NCBI GenBank assembly: GCA_030770535.1
Contig: JASVEC010000011.1
Coordinates: forward strand, 620,001-684,000
Direction: 5' to 3'
DNA: 64,000 nucleotides
From: Batkoa obscura
Taxonomy: Eukaryota
Position numbers and translations under genes: made by a program. The notes beneath the pieces were generated by a model. It worked only from the letters and a program-made list of their open reading frames with translations. It had not been told where the DNA came from and ran no database searches. Numbering within the stretch: the first letter of the stretch is position 1; each line of letters begins with the position of its first letter. Shown piece by piece: positions 13,720-26,334 of this stretch.

Positions 13720-15416
13720 ATGTCTACTTTATTTAATAAACATCAACCTAATCCCCATCAACCTAGTAAGCGTCATGTACTTACCCTCCATGAAAAGGTA
13801 CAAGTATTAAAATTTATGGAATCTCATCCGGATGTCCCAATTCAAGAAATATGTGCTAAATTTTCATCCAATCCACGTACATTAAAGCGTATATGTGATC
13901 GACGTGAAACTTTATTACAATTAGCTCCAGGTGATCGTCGATTATTACGTACACGTATCACTAAAGGTACTTGTCAACCCGTTGAAATCTGTTTATTAAA
14001 ATGGATAGATTCTTTAAATTTTAATAATTTACCATTACAGAATCACACACTTCAAGCACGTGCTAAATACTTTTTATCTTTAGTTAAATTGTATTTACCT
14101 AATGTACCTTCCTTAGCTGCTTCCAATGGTTGGATCAATCGCTTTAAAATTCGCAATTCTATTGATGTAAAACAAATTAATTGTGCTCGTTTTAATTCAT
14201 TTAAAGAAGAACTAGAACCTGCAAGAAATAAGTTACAAAACTTGATATCCACTTTTGATTTCAATGATGTATTTGTTTTAGGTTCTACTATGCTTTATCA
14301 TTCTTTTATCCCTAATCCATTAAATGTTAATAATAATAATAATAATAATAATAGTAATAATAATAATAATAATACTATTATTAATAATGATGTAAATGAT
14401 TCAGAACTTCTTCCACCAATACCACCAACGGATAAATTATCTTTATTCTTATGTTCTAATACTACAGGTACTGATAAATTATTACCTTCTGTATTATTGC
14501 CCGATAATTGTAATAAAGAAGAATTTGATTCATTATTAATTGAGCTTATCCAAGGATCCAACGGTTGGGTATCTCAATTCACTTTCACTTCCTGGTTTAA
14601 TTATTTCCAAAGTTATATTGGAATTAAAAGAAAAGTATTATTGATATTAGAATATCAATATAAGGAATGTTATATCTCATCTAAATTTGAAGAATTATAT
14701 CCTAATATTCAAGTTTCTTTTTTACCTGAATTTCATTCTAATCTTTTAAACCCATTTTCTTTAGGTTTAATTAAGTCATTCAAATCTTATTATAGAACTT
14801 ATCTAATTAAACAAGTACTCTCTTCTACTGATATTCAATTGAATCACAACTTTGAAACATTCCATATTGACTTAAAAGAAGCAATGGAATTTATTCAGCT
14901 GGCCTGGGAGAATGTGACTTGTAATACAATCCATGAAGCTTGGTTTAAATCGAATATAGTACCACCTCAATATTATTTAAATAGTCCCATTATTTATACG
15001 GATTTTGATCCCATTAAACAATTATTTGATAATAATCCCACATTAAATCAATATATTGGGAATTATGACGTATTAGATCGGATTTATATGGATAAACCAG
15101 CTTGTTTTCCAACAGAAAATGAATTACTCTTTGTGGAAGAATCACTTTCTTTTTTTAAAGAAACCCATCCACCTTCTCCACCTTCAGGTAATTTGAAACA
15201 AAACAAATGTAAATTTAAAGAAAATGAATTATTAAAAGAAGAATTAATAATGGAAACTATAAAACATCCAGTTAATAATAATAACAATAATAATAATAAT
15301 AATAATGAATTTATAAATTATAATGATAATAATTCAAGTTCAACTAATAATAATTTATTAAATGATCCATTATTTAATAATTTATTTAATGAATTTAATC
15401 CATTAGATTTAACTTC

Positions 15417-15447
<31 letters not shown>

Positions 15448-15855
15448 TGGAATTTATCAACTATGTGTAATGATATTTCCAATATGACTAGTGTTACTAC
15501 CTCACTTTATACAACTGCACCGTTTCTACCTTATAATGAATTCAATGGCTTATTTGATTATAATTATATGATGGAATTACCTAAAATTGATACAACAATA
15601 CAACCTTATCCAACTACATCTACACCAGCACCATCTCCATTCTTAGAACAAAATAAAGAAGAAAATAATTGTAATATTAATGGAATTAATAATCTACCAC
15701 CTAGTATAAATGAAATTAATAATGTAGATATGTTATTAAGTTTATTAAAATCTCATTTAAGTCAAGGATTTCCTGTTCCTGATTCAGTTAATGAAGCACT
15801 TGATTTAGTTTCAAATTATGTTCACCAGTTTGATCCAAATAATAAGGGAAATTAG
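13720..15855 (+). CDS. CENP-B/pogo (Tigger)-derived DNA-binding protein: psq-type HTH + HTH_Tnp_Tc5 + degenerate DDE_1, Asn-rich C-terminus
   Basis: KRHVLTLHEKVQVL, LAASNGWINRFKIRNSI, LCSNTTGTDKL, KVLLILE, NIQVSFLP, LGLIKSFKSYYR, AMEFIQLAWENVTCNTIHEAW. Confidence 0.9.
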
Positions 15856-16220
15856 TAAAAGTAGTAGTTTGTATGTATTAACCTCATTTCCTTAACTTTA
15901 TGTTTTGTTAAATAAAAAATTATGCTTGTAATATGAATATTATTATTTTAAGTTTTATTTATTTATTTTAGTTTATATTAAAATAAATGTCAAATAAGAA
16001 TAAATTTAATTAAAGAATTTATTTTAGTTTAATTAAATTTTTAAATTTTTAAATATTAAATAACAAATGAGACAATTTATTTTAATTACTCTTTGTTGAT
16101 AAATATTTTATTTTTATTATAAAAAATAGAGAGGGATTAATTTTCAAATGTTTTTTAACGTCTACTAAAAAAACATGCTATTTCTGCAACAAATTTGAAT
16201 TTTGAATTTTTAACTTTTTT

Positions 16221-16255
16221 CAATTAACAATTAACAATTAACAATTAACAATTAA
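16221..16255. repeat. (CAATTAA)5 heptamer repeat just upstream of the TMEM135-like ATG
   Basis: Read directly from the sequence. Confidence 0.9.
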
Positions 16256-16273
16256 TATAAAATAAAATAAATT

Positions 16274-17956
16274 ATGAGTACTTTAATCCGCGCTTTATAT
16301 GAACATTATAATAAAAAAGAAGAACATGAAAATGATAGTAATAAAAATTATTTACAACATAATCCATTTAATGCAAAAAAACAAATGATACAAAACTTAA
16401 TTACAGTTATTATTAAGATTCTTAAACCTTTATTAAAAGTAAGTTTAATTGGAATATTATTAGATTTATTACCAATAATATTAAAATTAAAAAAAGTCAA
16501 TTTAAATATTAATACTTTGATAAACAAAATATCAATGAATACTTCTTTTATTCAATCCTTCTTTTCATTTTTTAAACAATATCCTAAACGTAATTCTTGG
16601 TTAACTGCTTTATTCTTTTCTACTTTATCAGTTCAATTGACTTCACCAACAATACCAAAATATCCTATTGAAGATAATAGTAAAGTATTATTAAATAATT
16701 CATTAAATATCACATTAGATAATAAATTAGCTTTAAGTCGACTTGAATTTGAATTAATAGTAAAACAATTCCTAACTAATTTTGTTAGTGTAAGTTTAGG
16801 TATTTATTTATTAAGATTTACTAAGTTTCAAAAAGAAAAGTTTTTAAAAAGTAAACATCATTTAGCTACAGCTTTTTACTTTTTTATTCAAGCAATTTAT
16901 TCTTTGTGGTCATTTCAAAAATTAAGAACAATCAAATTATTAAAGCCATGGAATATAGTTACTCCTTGGTTGAATTTTAATTTAAATTTAATCGGTAATT
17001 TTTCAGAAATTGTGTTATTCTCATTCTCTAGTTATATTGTTATGATTAATTGGTTTTATAATCCAACTACATTACCGAATTCTTTTGTTCGTTGGATTAA
17101 TTCATTTGCTGAAATTGATTCTAGATTATTAGATTACTTAAGGGGATTAGAATTTAATACAATAAAAGAAGGTCAACATTCAGATATTTTAAAAGATTAT
17201 TGTGAATCTAAAAGTATTAATCCAACATCAGGTGATCCTTATTATGGTTTATTAAGTTGTAATTTATTACATCCATTGACTGGTAATAATTGTCAACAAC
17301 ATATTTATTATCGATTTATTTCTGCTTTTATTAAGTCTTTAATTACTATGTATATTCCATTAAATTTATTTACTTTTATTTTAAATTATCTATTTAAAAA
17401 AAATCATAATTTAAATCATAAAGATTCAATTAATTCCCCTTCTTCTTCTTCTTCTTCTTCTTCTTCTTCTTCTTCTATTATTACTATATTAAAACAAAAA
17501 GTTTTATATCCTTCTTTACAATCTTCTGCTTTTTTAGCTACTTTTATAGCTACTATGTTTGGTACTATTTGCCTTGCACGAAATCAGTTAAAAACGGATC
17601 GATATGATGCGCGACTTGGATCTTTAATGAGTGGTTTTACTTCTATATTAATTGAATCCCCATCCCGTCGATTACCATTAACATTATACTTATTACCTAG
17701 AGCTTTAGTTAGTTTATATTATAATTATTGTTTAAAATATATACCAGCTCAATATCTAGATACTCCCTTGTTGACAATGTCATTGGCTACTTTATTAACT
17801 TGTTATAAATTACAACCCAAAAGTTTATTACCTCCTTTACAGACGGTTTTAAATTGGATTTTTGATAAAAGAAGTGATTTGTTGGATAAATATGACTCCC
17901 CTAATTCAACACCTACCCCAGAAACTTGTATGGAGATGATATCAGATGATTTATAA
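16274..17956 (+). CDS. TMEM135-like membrane protein
   Basis: WFYNPTTLPNSFVRWI, C..LHP...C, SLQSSAFLATF and ILIESPSRRLPLTLYLLPRAL motifs. Confidence 0.8.
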   Translation: MSTLIRALYEHYNKKEEHENDSNKNYLQHNPFNAKKQMIQNLITVIIKILKPLLKVSLIGILLDLLPIILKLKKVNLNINTLINKISMNTSFIQSFFSFFKQYPKRNSWLTALFFSTLSVQLTSPTIPKYPIEDNSKVLLNNSLNITLDNKLALSRLEFELIVKQFLTNFVSVSLGIYLLRFTKFQKEKFLKSKHHLATAFYFFIQAIYSLWSFQKLRTIKLLKPWNIVTPWLNFNLNLIGNFSEIVLFSFSSYIVMINWFYNPTTLPNSFVRWINSFAEIDSRLLDYLRGLEFNTIKEGQHSDILKDYCESKSINPTSGDPYYGLLSCNLLHPLTGNNCQQHIYYRFISAFIKSLITMYIPLNLFTFILNYLFKKNHNLNHKDSINSPSSSSSSSSSSSSIITILKQKVLYPSLQSSAFLATFIATMFGTICLARNQLKTDRYDARLGSLMSGFTSILIESPSRRLPLTLYLLPRALVSLYYNYCLKYIPAQYLDTPLLTMSLATLLTCYKLQPKSLLPPLQTVLNWIFDKRSDLLDKYDSPNSTPTPETCMEMISDDL

Positions 17957-18169
17957 ATATTATTATTATTATTATTATTATTTTTAGATATTAGTTTATG
18001 TTATAAGTTAATAAAGTCAAGTTTTTAATAAGAATAGGATCTAAATTTATTTATTTAGTTATATTTTATTTATTTTTAAAATTGATTCATTTTAAATATA
18101 TATTCTATAAAAAAAGTTATCCTCCTTCTTCCTCTTCTTCTTATTATTCTATAAACTTCTCCTTTATAT

Positions 18170-20554
18170 TTAATCAAAATCCGAATCTTGATCTGAGGTA
18201 GCTTGAATAGCAGCAAATGGATTGGAAGTGGCTGTTTGATTTTCATCTAAATTTTCAGTTTGTTCACCACCCATTTGAGTACTTTCTTGGTTATCTTCTG
18301 GATTATCATTAAGTGTAAGATCTTCTAATAATTCAGCTAATTTAATTTCTGGGAAACCATCCTCACCACCCATATCAGCATCCGAATCTTCCATTTCAGC
18401 ATAAGCATCATCCATATCTTCTTCTTCTTCAACTGCTTCAAGGGTATTTAATTGTGCTTGTTCATCTAATTATTAAATATTAATATATATATATATTTAA
18501 ATTATTACCTTTATAAAGATTAATATTCGATCTCATTTCTGGATCTTCTTCAATATCACGTAAAAACATTTCAAAATCATTTCTATTAAATAAAAATATA
18601 AATAAATAAACTCCTTATAATAATAATAATAATAATTATTATTATTATAATCAAACTTACTCTGCTTTTTCAGCATCAATTTTACGCATTTTAAGATCAG
18701 CATCATCTTTAACCAAAGATTTAACTTTCCAATATCTTTTCTTGTTTTTCTTACGACGATTAGAATAACTCTTCTTAATTAATACCTAATTAAATTAAAT
18801 AAACAAATATAAAATATTAATATATATAATAATAATAATACATTAATAAAATAAACTTACAATATTAGGTGTATGTTCTTGATTAAGTGAATCATAATTG
18901 GAATCATTTAAATTGGAATTAGTAAGATCGTAACTAATGAAATTATTATTAATTAAACAATAATAAAAATTCAATATTAAATTACCCATAAACTAAATCT
19001 CCATAATTTAAGATCGAACCAAGATGAGTACGAGTATGATAAGTTGTATCATTTCGACCAAAATCTTGAATTCTTGCAACTTGAACATCAGCAAGTGCAT
19101 ACTATTGAATTAATTAATTAATTAATTAAAACAATAAATTATTATTTATAAATAAAAAATAAATACTTACTTTCCCACGAGTATAACCGGAATGATCAAT
19201 ATCAATTACAACAAATTCAACTAAATCACCATGAGTACATAATGCATTAAATGGATAACGGTAATAAACAGTATTAGAAACATCAGCATCTAAAAAAATA
19301 TTCATTAATTATCAAAAAAACTCCTTTTATGACATTAATAACTACTTACGATTTAATGTATTTGGATCAATAACATGAATCGAATTACTGACACGAGATA
19401 CAATACATAATGGACTATATAAATAAAAAAATAGTAATATTAATATCAGTATTTAAAAAAATTATTATAATAAAATAACTTACTTAATATTACCTAATGA
19501 TCTAGCCGTTTTCAAAGGTAAACAAACCAGATCATCTTTACAAATAGGTGAAATTTCCATTGAATAAGTAAATTTAAAATTAGAAGAACCAGTATGAGTA
19601 TCTGAAGAAATCAATTGCTCTGATGTTTTAACTCTAAAATAAAACAAAAATACACATTAAAATCCTTCCATTTATAACTGAACATTAAAATAATAACTCA
19701 CCTTCCAGGTACAACGGAAAGTAAAAATTCACTCATTCTAACAGCATGTGAACGAGAAACATAAAAAAAATCGATACCATCTTTAGCTTCTTTAATATTA
19801 GTAGTTTCTTTATGGGCATTATGTTTTAAGATTAATTGTTCTAAAAATAAAAAGGTACGTTTATGAGAAACCTAAATTAAAGAATAAATAAATATTAAAT
19901 TAATAAACATACTAAACTTGGATTTTTAAATGTTAAAACATTGAAAAAAAGTTACCTTTTGTCTCACTTGAACTACCGCTTTCCATGTATTTTTGGCCAT
20001 AATTTTAGTACAATCATCACATTGTTGATTAGCAACTACAAATTCCACTTCAAATGTTTGTTGAAGGATAGTAGCTGCAAAAACCTAATATAAATAAAAT
20101 CAATAAACCAATTTACCAAAACAAACAACATTGTATACCTCTTTTTGAATAGTTAATTTCACTTTAATTCTTCTCGAATGTGGTTCCGTCCAAATAAACC
20201 CAGCATCGATCAATCGTACCTGTTTCAATCCCTTAAGTTTCTTAATACAAAGCGCTAATAATTCACGAGATTCCAAAGTACATAATACCCAATGGCTCGG
20301 TGGTTGAAGATAGCGCTCACAATTACGACAGAAATGTAAAGTCCCATTCTTGGGGATACCATCCGTGATATCCACTTCATTACGGATACAATTAACGCAC
20401 ATGTTCGCTGGATTTGGTGGGATGGCCGTACCACAACCACAACATAAGCTAGAGTGAATTATGGATTAAAAAGGGCTTTTTTTTATAGAGATTTAAGAGA
20501 GTATACTTACATCACCTGTTCCGTTTGTATAGGATTATATTGATTGTATTCCAT
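18170..20554 (-). CDS. NMD3: 60S export adaptor NMD3, about 11 exons
   Basis: LCCGCGTAIPPNPANMCVNC, CRNCERYLQPP, LIDAGFIWTEPHSRRIKVKLTIQKE, HKRTFLFLEQLILKH, FEMFLRDIEEDPEMR and C-terminal LAELLEDLTL NES. Confidence 0.96.
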
Positions 20555-20771
20555 TTTTTAAATGTTTTAGGTTTTAATTTAAAAAAGAATAAAAAACTTT
20601 CAAAACTTTCAAAACTGCGATTTATATTCCAAAAAAACTTGGTGGTTTTATTGGTTGTTAGGATTAGAAATTTGGAATTTTCGATATAATTTTTGTTATT
20701 TATTTAAAGTGCTTAGAAGTTGAATTATTAATATAAGAATAATAAAGATACAATAAGAATTGATAAAAATC

Positions 20772-21916
20772 ATGGCTAATAAAAGAATCAAACCAAAAGC
20801 AGTACCGGATATTTATAATGATAAAGAAGAAGGGTAAGTCAATAAAGATAATAATAACACAACTTAATTTTATAACTTTCAAATTAATACTAACAATTTT
20901 AACTAGTCGAGATTTTGATCCTAAACAAGGAGAAGTTATATCGGATATACCAAAGAGATTTCAACGGATAATGAATCAAAAAGAATATCAGATTAAAGCA
21001 AAAGAATTAAAAAAGAAAGGTAAATATTTAATAAAACTTTATATGATGGTTAATAGATAGAAGTCAATTAGAGTTCAAACAAGGTGGTAAAATAGAGGTA
21101 ATTTTAAAAACTATGGGGTTCTAATACAGTTTAATAATGTTTATTATGATTAATTTTAGAAGAAAAAAGAGAATTTAGAAAAATTAGAAAATGAAAGTTT
21201 AAGACAGTTTAATAAGTAAGTTTTTTTAAATAAAAAGATAGAATATATACTATTGTTTTGTTATCAATTAAAATATAATAAAGTGATATTAATATTCTAA
21301 ACATAGACGAGTGGAACTTACCTTAGGACATAGTAAATCAATGTTTAAAGAAGCCGTTGTTGGTAAATCACAAAAAAAAGAAAAGTAAGACTATATTATC
21401 TTTAAAAAAAAAGTAAATTAAATTACTTCTCTTTTATAGACGTAAACAAAAACAAATATTAGAAAAACAAGCTTTATTAGAATTACAACAACAAGAAAAT
21501 GATCGAAAAGATTTTAATAAGCTAACAGATAAAGTGAAATTCGGTGAAGTAGCTATGGCACCGCCTACATTAAGTGTTAAACCAAAAGATCGAGCTAAGG
21601 TAAATCAAATTGATTTTTTTATTTTAAAATATATCTTATAACACATTCTCTTTTGATCAAAAGGACATTAATAATCAATTTATTTAAATGTTATGTGCTA
21701 ACCTTTTCTTGTTTTATATAGAATCGTCGTGAACTTATTAATAAAATGCAAAATACTGGTAAAAAAACAATTAATAATCAACCTATAAATAAAGAAAGAG
21801 TGGGACCTAAAATCGAAAAATCGCCAGCAGAAAAGAGAATTTTGGAACAAGAAAGAAGTAGAGTTGTGGATATGTATCGTAAATTAAAAAAAGAAAAATT
21901 AGAACAACAACAATAG
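20772..21916 (+). CDS. CCDC137-like nucleolar protein, multi-exon (missed by the ORF track)
   Basis: Spliced exons give MANKRIKPK, DIPKRFQRIM, DKVKFGEVAMAPPTL and SPAEKRILEQERSRVVDMYRKLKK, matching CCDC137-family motifs. GT-AG introns, TAG at 21914-21916. Confidence 0.75.
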
Positions 21917-22161
21917 AAATAAAAGAAAGTGGAATAAATTCAATGTTATAGATAACAAATTTAGTTTGACCTTTTTCTTTTGTGATAGATTGAGTATATT
22001 AGTTATAGTGTGAAGTTAATCATAAATGTTTCTGAGTTTATTAATAGCATTTTATTCTATTATTTTTAATACTATAATATATAAAATTAAATTAAACAAT
22101 ATCAATTTAATAAATAAATACTTTTTATTAATACCTTAATTTACATTTACATTAATCTTAA

Positions 22162-22546
22162 TTAAATCTCATAATGAATATTATTATTCTCTAAATAAGA
22201 AATTAACACATTTAAATTCTCTCTTACAATAAACCATCTATCACAGGCTTTTTCCATAAAAAACATAAGTATTCCTAGTCCAATGGCTATATTTTCTACT
22301 TTCCAAATAATATTATGTTGTATTTGAAAATAGTTTATATCTAATTTAATTATCTTATCAATTTTCTGTTTTGGTTCTAAATAATTCCAAATAATTAAAA
22401 ATCGAGCAAATACCATGGAACAATTGCATAAACAATACCATTTAAATGCAACAAAATATCGTGAATAATCATTTTCCATTATTAATAATATATTTAATAT
22501 ACTATTTGCAGCTAATAATGATAAACTTGCTGATCTTAATTTTAAT

Positions 22547-22587
<41 letters not shown>

Positions 22588-24247
22588 TAATTGAATGAAA
22601 TAATTAAAATCTAAAGATTTACTATATAAATTAACTATAGCAGTATAATACCATAATTGAATCATACAACTTAGTTTATTTTGTTTAGTTGGTAGTTCAT
22701 AAAATAAATTACATAATTCAGGTTGATTATAAATTAATTGAAACATTGGGTTGCATAATTCATTATATTTTATATTGGCTTTTTGTGGTGCTAATAACAT
22801 TAATTGAGTTAATTGAAATTCAATCTCTTTTATTTTAATAATTAAATTATTATCAATTAATATATTATCATTAGATTGTTGATTTAATTGATGAATTTTA
22901 TAAAATAATTGATGATATTCCATTTGCCATTTTAATAAATATAAATCACCATTATTTTCTTTTTCATAATATTTTCGATACTTAATAAAATTATTAAATT
23001 CTTTTAATTCTATTGAAAATATATAACTATCCGCTTGATCTTTAGTTAACATTGGTTGTCTATTTAATACATATCCAAAAATTCGATCTGTTATAAAACA
23101 AATACCTGCAATTCGCATCATAGAAGGTTCTTGATATGCTATAAATTTAGGTGTTCTCATTAAGGCTCCTATTGATAAAGATAATCTTATCCCGATTTCT
23201 CCATAATTAGTCCATTTCATTAATTTAACTGTCATTGCAGGTGGTGCTCTTAATAATAGAAAAGCACAAGTGGTGAACTCAGAAGCAATATTATAATATT
23301 GATCAACCATTATTAATATAGTATGTTCTAGATACAAATATAATCTTTTAGGAAAATCAGAATGAGCACAAGATATTAATAAGACTACATTTAATAAAAA
23401 ACTAAATTGTTGACTTATTTTAGTTATTGTTGTATTTGTTGAAAATTGTTTTACATAATTTAAAAACTTTTTAGGTGATAATACAGGAAAAGAATAATGA
23501 AACCTTTGAAAATAAACTTTGATAGCTTTATCTTGATAACTTTGACATAATAAACTTAAAACTAAAGATTCTTCTAAAGGGTTATATTCAATAATACCTA
23601 ACGTTAATTTAGTATTTGAATTACTCTTTGGACTTATTGAACCTTTATTTTTTGTTTCTTTAAATTTATCATAAAATGTGATTTCTGCTGTTAAGCATCC
23701 CATTGGACTATATCCTTGATAATAAAACCTATTTCCAGGTAATAATTGAAATATAACACCTCGCTTCAACATAGAAGAACCAGTTATATTCATTAAATTA
23801 AATAATACTGTTAACCTAGCTAGTGATATTTCAGGTTGAAATGTATTATTATTTTTTGATTTCCCTCTTATTAAATTTTTATCTTTATTGGTAACAGTTA
23901 TTATATTATCTAATTGAATTAAATTATTTATAGTATCATGAGGAATATTATTATTATTATATTGCTATAAAATAATAAGATTTAATATCATAATAAAAAT
24001 AGATAAAGTAAAATAAATTTACCATGTTTAAATTGTAACTTGGCTGATAATATCGAAAACTAAAACTACTATTTTTCATCCGATCTTTATTTTGATGATA
24101 CCAATAAGTACATGGTAAATCTTTTTTAGTACATAAACTACATGCTGGTATACCAGCATCACATCGCTTCTTTTTTTCCCTACAATTATCACAAGCCTTG
24201 GCTACTTTTTTCTTTTTTATTGATGTTGTACTTGTCATTGATTGCAT
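22162..24247 (-). CDS. Zn(II)2Cys6 transcription factor with fungal-specific TF middle domain
   Basis: ACDNCREKKKRCDAGIPACSLCTKKDLPC. Intron 24022-23965 joins it in frame to the 543-aa ORF with YFQRFHYSFPVL. Confidence 0.92.
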
Positions 24248-25123
24248 TTTTTATAACATATTTGATTAAAAAAGTGAATGATTAGCATTGATTTTTTTTC
24301 ATAGTGTTTATAAGTTCAAGTTTAGCTTAAAATGAATTAAGTTTAATTGGTTTAAACCTTTAGCCGATTCCAAACCAGTTTTTGAATTTAAGGAAATAAC
24401 TAAAAGGATTGGATCTATTGGTCAAAGTTAAAGAGGTGTCAAACTATACTGGATATTCTGGTAGTTTTATTAATAGTTTTATAGTCAAAATCAAAGTAAT
24501 CTTTAAATTATAATATCCTTTTTTTCCATTTTCAAGGGTGCATTTCTTATGAAATGTAAGTTTACTAAGCTTTTTTTTCACACCGACTTTTTAAATTGAT
24601 GAAGGTGCTCCACCTATAAATATATAGTATTCGCTATAATGCGTTTTGATCATTATGCTTGGTCTACCAAAGTTTGGATTTTAATTATATGCTGTGACAC
24701 TTGAGAATATTCTATATCAAATAATAACAATAATAATTGAACTAATGATTAAAAGTATATTCACAAAAGTTCTAAATGCTTAGTTTAAAATGTACCCTTA
24801 ATTCTTCACAGATAAAAAAATAATTATTATATCTGAAACATTAAATATTATGGGAAAAAGAATCGATAAATTACGATAAAAATAAAACAAGTGGTATATC
24901 ATTTAATTAATATTTAAAACGTAGTAGTTAAGGATAATAAATTTACTTTATTTAGTTAAATGTAATTTTATCTGAGTTTAAATTTTTTATCAGTTAATAA
25001 TTTAGTAAAATAATGCGATTTAGCTGAGAAATTTTATTAAGTGTCAATTGGTTAGTAGCAAAAAGATAAAATTATTAAATGTCTTTAAATTGATATTAGA
25101 TTGTTCAAACTTAATCAATATAT

Positions 25124-25222
25124 TGGGATGTTTTTTTTTTGCTTAATCACTTTTTCTATTTTTAAGCACTATTTGAGTGGAAAGATTGTTAGTAAAATTC
25201 CTAAACAAAAAAATACATTCTT
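25124..25222 (+). mobile_element. 99-bp MITE copy 4
   Basis: Consensus match with decayed termini. Flanks ATAT/ATAT. Confidence 0.85.
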
Positions 25223-25393
25223 ATATAAATATTTTATAGTTTTAAAACTTTTTGAATTAATTAATAAAAATAAGATATTGAAAAAAAGTACCTTTGTATT
25301 ATAGTATCTAGTTTTTGTTATTTAAATTAAATCTTCTTAACAAGATGAACAAACATCATCTTGAAATTACATCATTTTCAAAAATAAAAAAAC

Positions 25394-26206
25394 ATGGAAA
25401 AATTTAGTAAACTAAAAAAATTATACTCTTTTAATAAAAACAATAATAACAATAGCTGCAATGACTTTTACCACATCCGAAATCAAAAAACAATTTTGGA
25501 AAGATATCAACTTACAATTAGCTTCTTTAATGGAATCCGAAACCAATTGGGTAAGTCTTAATATTAATATCAAATTAATATATATATTTATTATATTATT
25601 TATAAAAGTAATTAATCAAAATTATCAAGGTAACTAATTTAGCCAATACATCTGCTTTATTATGGCAAGAATTACGTGAACCAAGTTTACATGAACTTCC
25701 ATCAAGAGCTATTAATTGGGCTGGATTTTATTTAATTGATAAAAAAAATACAAAGGATTTAATATTAGGTCCATTTCAAGGGAAGGTAAAATTTAGTATT
25801 AATTTTTTAATATTTTTTATATTAATTCTTTAATAAATAAGATTGCTTGTGTAAGAATACCTATTGGAAAAGGAGCATGTGGAGTTGGAGCTAGTAGTAA
25901 ATTAACACAATTAGTTTATGATGTACATGAATTTCCTGGACATATTGCTTGTGATTCGGCTTCTAATTCGGAAATTGTAGTCCCTCTAATTGTTAATGAT
26001 GAGGTAAAAAAGAAGAGATATGATATTCAAATTGAGTGATGGTTAACTTATTTTTATTTATTTATTTATAGGTTATTGGTGTCATTGATATCGATTGTGA
26101 AACAATTGGTGGATTTGATAAAGAAGATCAAGTGGGGTTAGAAGAATTAGCTAAGATTATTATTAAATCTTGTGATTTTGAAGATTTACTTGCTGCTTTA
26201 GAATAA
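25394..26206 (+). CDS. Free methionine-R-sulfoxide reductase (GAF domain, fRMsr), multi-exon; the start could instead be ATG 25461
   Basis: Spliced exons give ESETNW|VTNLANTSALLW, INWAGFY, LILGPFQGK|IACVRIPIGKGACG, VHEFPGHIACDSASNSEIVVP, VIGVIDIDC. Confidence 0.92.
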
Positions 26207-26334
26207 AAGTCAAAATAATGATAAGTAAAAAAGTAATTTTATTTTTTAATATTTAAAATATATTATTACTTAATTATGTCGTTTTATTCAAGTTCAAAAA
26301 AAAAAGAAAAAAAGAAACTGTAAAAAAGAAGGGA

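Noticed and set aside
14330..15450. (AAT)n tracts
   Set aside because: Ordinary slippage microsatellites encoding poly-Asn, common in AT-rich genomes
13720..15855. The pogo-like protein as the transposase for the 99-bp MITE
   Set aside because: Catalytic Asp residues are absent, and the pogo TA target and CAG termini do not fit AATT/ATTT flanks and GGGG ends
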